A stretch of DNA of 64,000 nt, taken from positions 7,504,024 through 7,568,023 of the forward strand of contig JAHRHZ010000046.1 of NCBI GenBank assembly GCA_024137785.1, read 5' to 3'. Source of the stretch: Ginglymostoma cirratum. Lineage: Eukaryota. The position numbers were made by a program, and so were the translations under genes. Shown here in pieces: positions 62,140 to 64,000 of the stretch. A model generated the notes under the pieces. That model worked only from the letters and a program-made list of their open reading frames with translations. It had not been told where the DNA came from and made no database searches. Numbering within the stretch: the first letter of the stretch is position 1; each line of letters starts with the position of its first letter.

Positions 62140-62405
62140 AAAAACTTCCAATGCTGAAAATCTGAAAGGCAGAAATTGCTGGAGAAACTCTGCGGATCTG
62201 GCAGCATAGGTGTAAAGAGAAACAGAATTAATGTTTGGGGTCTGGTGACCCTTATTGGGAAATGGAGTGACCGCCAGGCTAACAATCAATTAACCCTTAC
62301 GGTGCATCCGTTCTAAGAAGGATCCCAAATGTTAACTGTGTTTCTCTCTACATAGATAATGCCAGACCTGCTGGATGTCTTTCAGCAATGTCTGTTTTTG
62401 GTCTC
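62140..62405. mobile_element. Palindromic Penelope-derived element
   Basis: Same family with inverted arms and a ~70 bp spacer; hammerhead cores degenerate. Confidence 0.7.
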
Positions 62406-62499
62406 GTTCTGTGTCCGTTCATTCTGCTATAAGCACGTGTAATTCTAAGTACAAAGACATGTAGCCAATTATTACGGAGATTAAAATGGTGTGGTAAAA

Positions 62500-62625
62500 T
62501 ACGACCGGATGCTGGAGGTTAGAATAGAAAAAACGAATATCTCAGCAAGGCAGGCAGCATCTGTGGAATGGAGGAGAGAAAGTGGACTTTTCAGATTCAT
62601 GATCTGTACCCAGGACTGGAAAACA
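62500..62625 (-). mobile_element. Penelope-derived repeat arm
   Basis: gatgctggag...ctcagcaaggcaggcagcatctgtgga, a left-arm orientation copy. Confidence 0.55.
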
Positions 62626-62889
62626 CGGAGATGTGACAGATTTTAGGCGGTTGCAGAGGGAGCCAGAGGGTAAATGGTAGAAGGAATTGAAGAAAAGGAT
62701 GGCGGGTGCGAGGCCCACTGAGACAAGATGCTAAAACAAAAGGTGGCGGATTTCCAGCGAAAGCTTACCGCGATTGAATGAAGCTTCTGATTAAAGTCAA
62801 GCTGCAGTTTATTGGAATGACTGTGTTGTGGGGCTTGACGTGAGGTTAGTTGTGAAACTGACACTAGTCACAGCTATATTGGTACGAAT

Positions 62890-63085
62890 TAAACAAAAAA
62901 AGTCAGAAATTGCTGGAAAACTCAGCAGGTCTGTGGAGTGGGAAAGCAAAGTTAACATTTTGGGTCTAGTGACCCTTCTTGAGTTCTGAGGAAAGGTCAC
63001 CGGACCCGAAACGTTAGCTCTGTTTTCTCCTTCACAGATGCTGCCATACCTGCTGAGCTTTTCCAGCAACTTTCCTTTTGTTCTT
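62890..63085. mobile_element. Palindromic Penelope-derived element
   Basis: Inverted arms centred near 62982; the right arm carries a well-preserved hammerhead motif. Confidence 0.75.
62981..63020 (+). ncRNA. Minimal type I hammerhead ribozyme motif (sense to GATA3 pre-mRNA); activity unproven
   Basis: gaguu-CUGAGGA-aa-gguc-accg-gacc-c-GAAAC-GUU-agcuc. Stem I 5 bp (one G.U), stem II 4 bp, helix III reduced to the palindrome AACGUU. Confidence 0.55.
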
Positions 63086-63119
63086 CTTCGGAACAGGCCG
63101 TTTAAAACAAAACCTGTGT

Positions 63120-63232
63120 CCTGAATTCCAAAACATTGACTTCTCCTTTCCTCCAGATGCTGCCTGGCTTGCTGAGTTTTTCCAGCCTCCTGTTTGTCTA
63201 CCTTGGACTCCAGCATCTGCAGTTTTTTTTTG
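63120..63232 (+). mobile_element. Penelope-derived repeat arm
   Basis: cagatgctgcctggcttgctgagtttttccagc...ctccagcatctgcagtttt, a right-arm orientation copy. Confidence 0.6.
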
Positions 63233-63389
63233 TAAAATGTAACAAAACTTTAGCGTAAACACTGCAAATGAGAACCAATCCTTGGAATAACAGGTTTCCA
63301 AGAGAGAGATTAGGAAGAAATTAACTGCCGGCCCGCTGCATTTGGGTGCCCGCAAAAGGAAAATTGTAAGGAACAAAATTTTATTATCA

Positions 63390-63472
63390 TTAGAATCCCT
63401 ACAGTGTGGAAACAGGCCCTTCTGCCCAACAAGTCCACACCGACCCTTGGAGCATCCTACCCAGACCCAACC
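63390..63472 (-). mobile_element. HE1-like SINE 3' fragment
   Basis: atccctacagtgtggaaacaggccctt..gcccaacaagtccacaccgaccct is the reverse complement of 25445-25500. Confidence 0.8.
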
Positions 63473-64000
63473 CCCTGTTGGAATCCAACAGGTGATAAAA
63501 AGAAATGCAGATTGGTGAGGCCAGAAATAAAACGATAATGGACATTTTGAAAGATTTGAAGGGTGAAAGTGTGGGAAAACTGAGCTGTTGGGCAAAACGA
63601 ATATGCAGTCTCACATACAGATTGCTGTGGATGTCACAAAAAAAACAAATTCAAAAACACCCTAAAGTTTCGTTTTGACGTGGACATTCGTTGAAAGACG
63701 CGAGCGAGAGAGAAAACGTATGACATCAGAAAACCTGCAGCAAATACATCACTTAAACCTATTAATATATAAATTAATCAGGGAGGCGCCGGGGAGGAAG
63801 GGTTGGTAGAAAAGTGAAGTACAGAAACTATGCGGGTTAATGATGTGGAATAAATCCAGCCAGTCAAAGTAGGTGAGCGATGCTAAACCTGAGATTGAAG
63901 GCAATTCAGTTGTAAATGAGCTGGGACTGAAGGGCCGCACCAGTGTAATTGCCTTGAATTGGTTCACGTGTTAATATATGTGTCCAACACTTTTAATCTA

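Noticed and set aside
61767-64000. GATA3 final coding exon; 135-aa and 187-aa minus-strand ORFs
   Set aside because: No NRPLTMKKEGIQTRNRK-like sequence found, so the exon lies outside the window; the ORFs run through repeat fragments.
1-64000. CRISPR arrays, operons or prokaryotic defence systems
   Set aside because: Spliced vertebrate locus with no regularly spaced repeat-spacer array.

Overview
Eukaryotic genomic DNA, most likely from a shark or other cartilaginous fish (inferred from HE1/V-SINE-like, CR1/HER1-like and Penelope-like repeats). The window holds the last two coding exons of TAF3 (PHD finger, + strand, 934-1040 and 2932-3046), a retroelement-rich intergenic segment (~3.7-31 kb), and then a CpG-rich, repeat-poor regulatory domain. 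That domain leads into GATA3 (+ strand): a CCAAT/GC-box promoter, a putative non-coding exon 1 and four coding exons (52016-52250, 53384-53923, 58623-58768, 61641-61766). The last GATA3 coding exon lies beyond the window. Almost all ORFs in the supplied track are spurious, and the real TAF3 frames are missing from it. Three observations stand out. (1) Many Penelope-derived repeats carry minimal hammerhead-ribozyme cores with co-varying stems, including a cluster in a GATA3 intron. (2) An element in the GATA3 ZnF1-ZnF2 intron looks like a paralogue of the GATA2 +9.5 enhancer. (3) A NAGNAG acceptor and a transcription start region appear conserved with mammalian GATA3. Comparisons to other species are from memory; no searches were run, and repeat boundaries are approximate.
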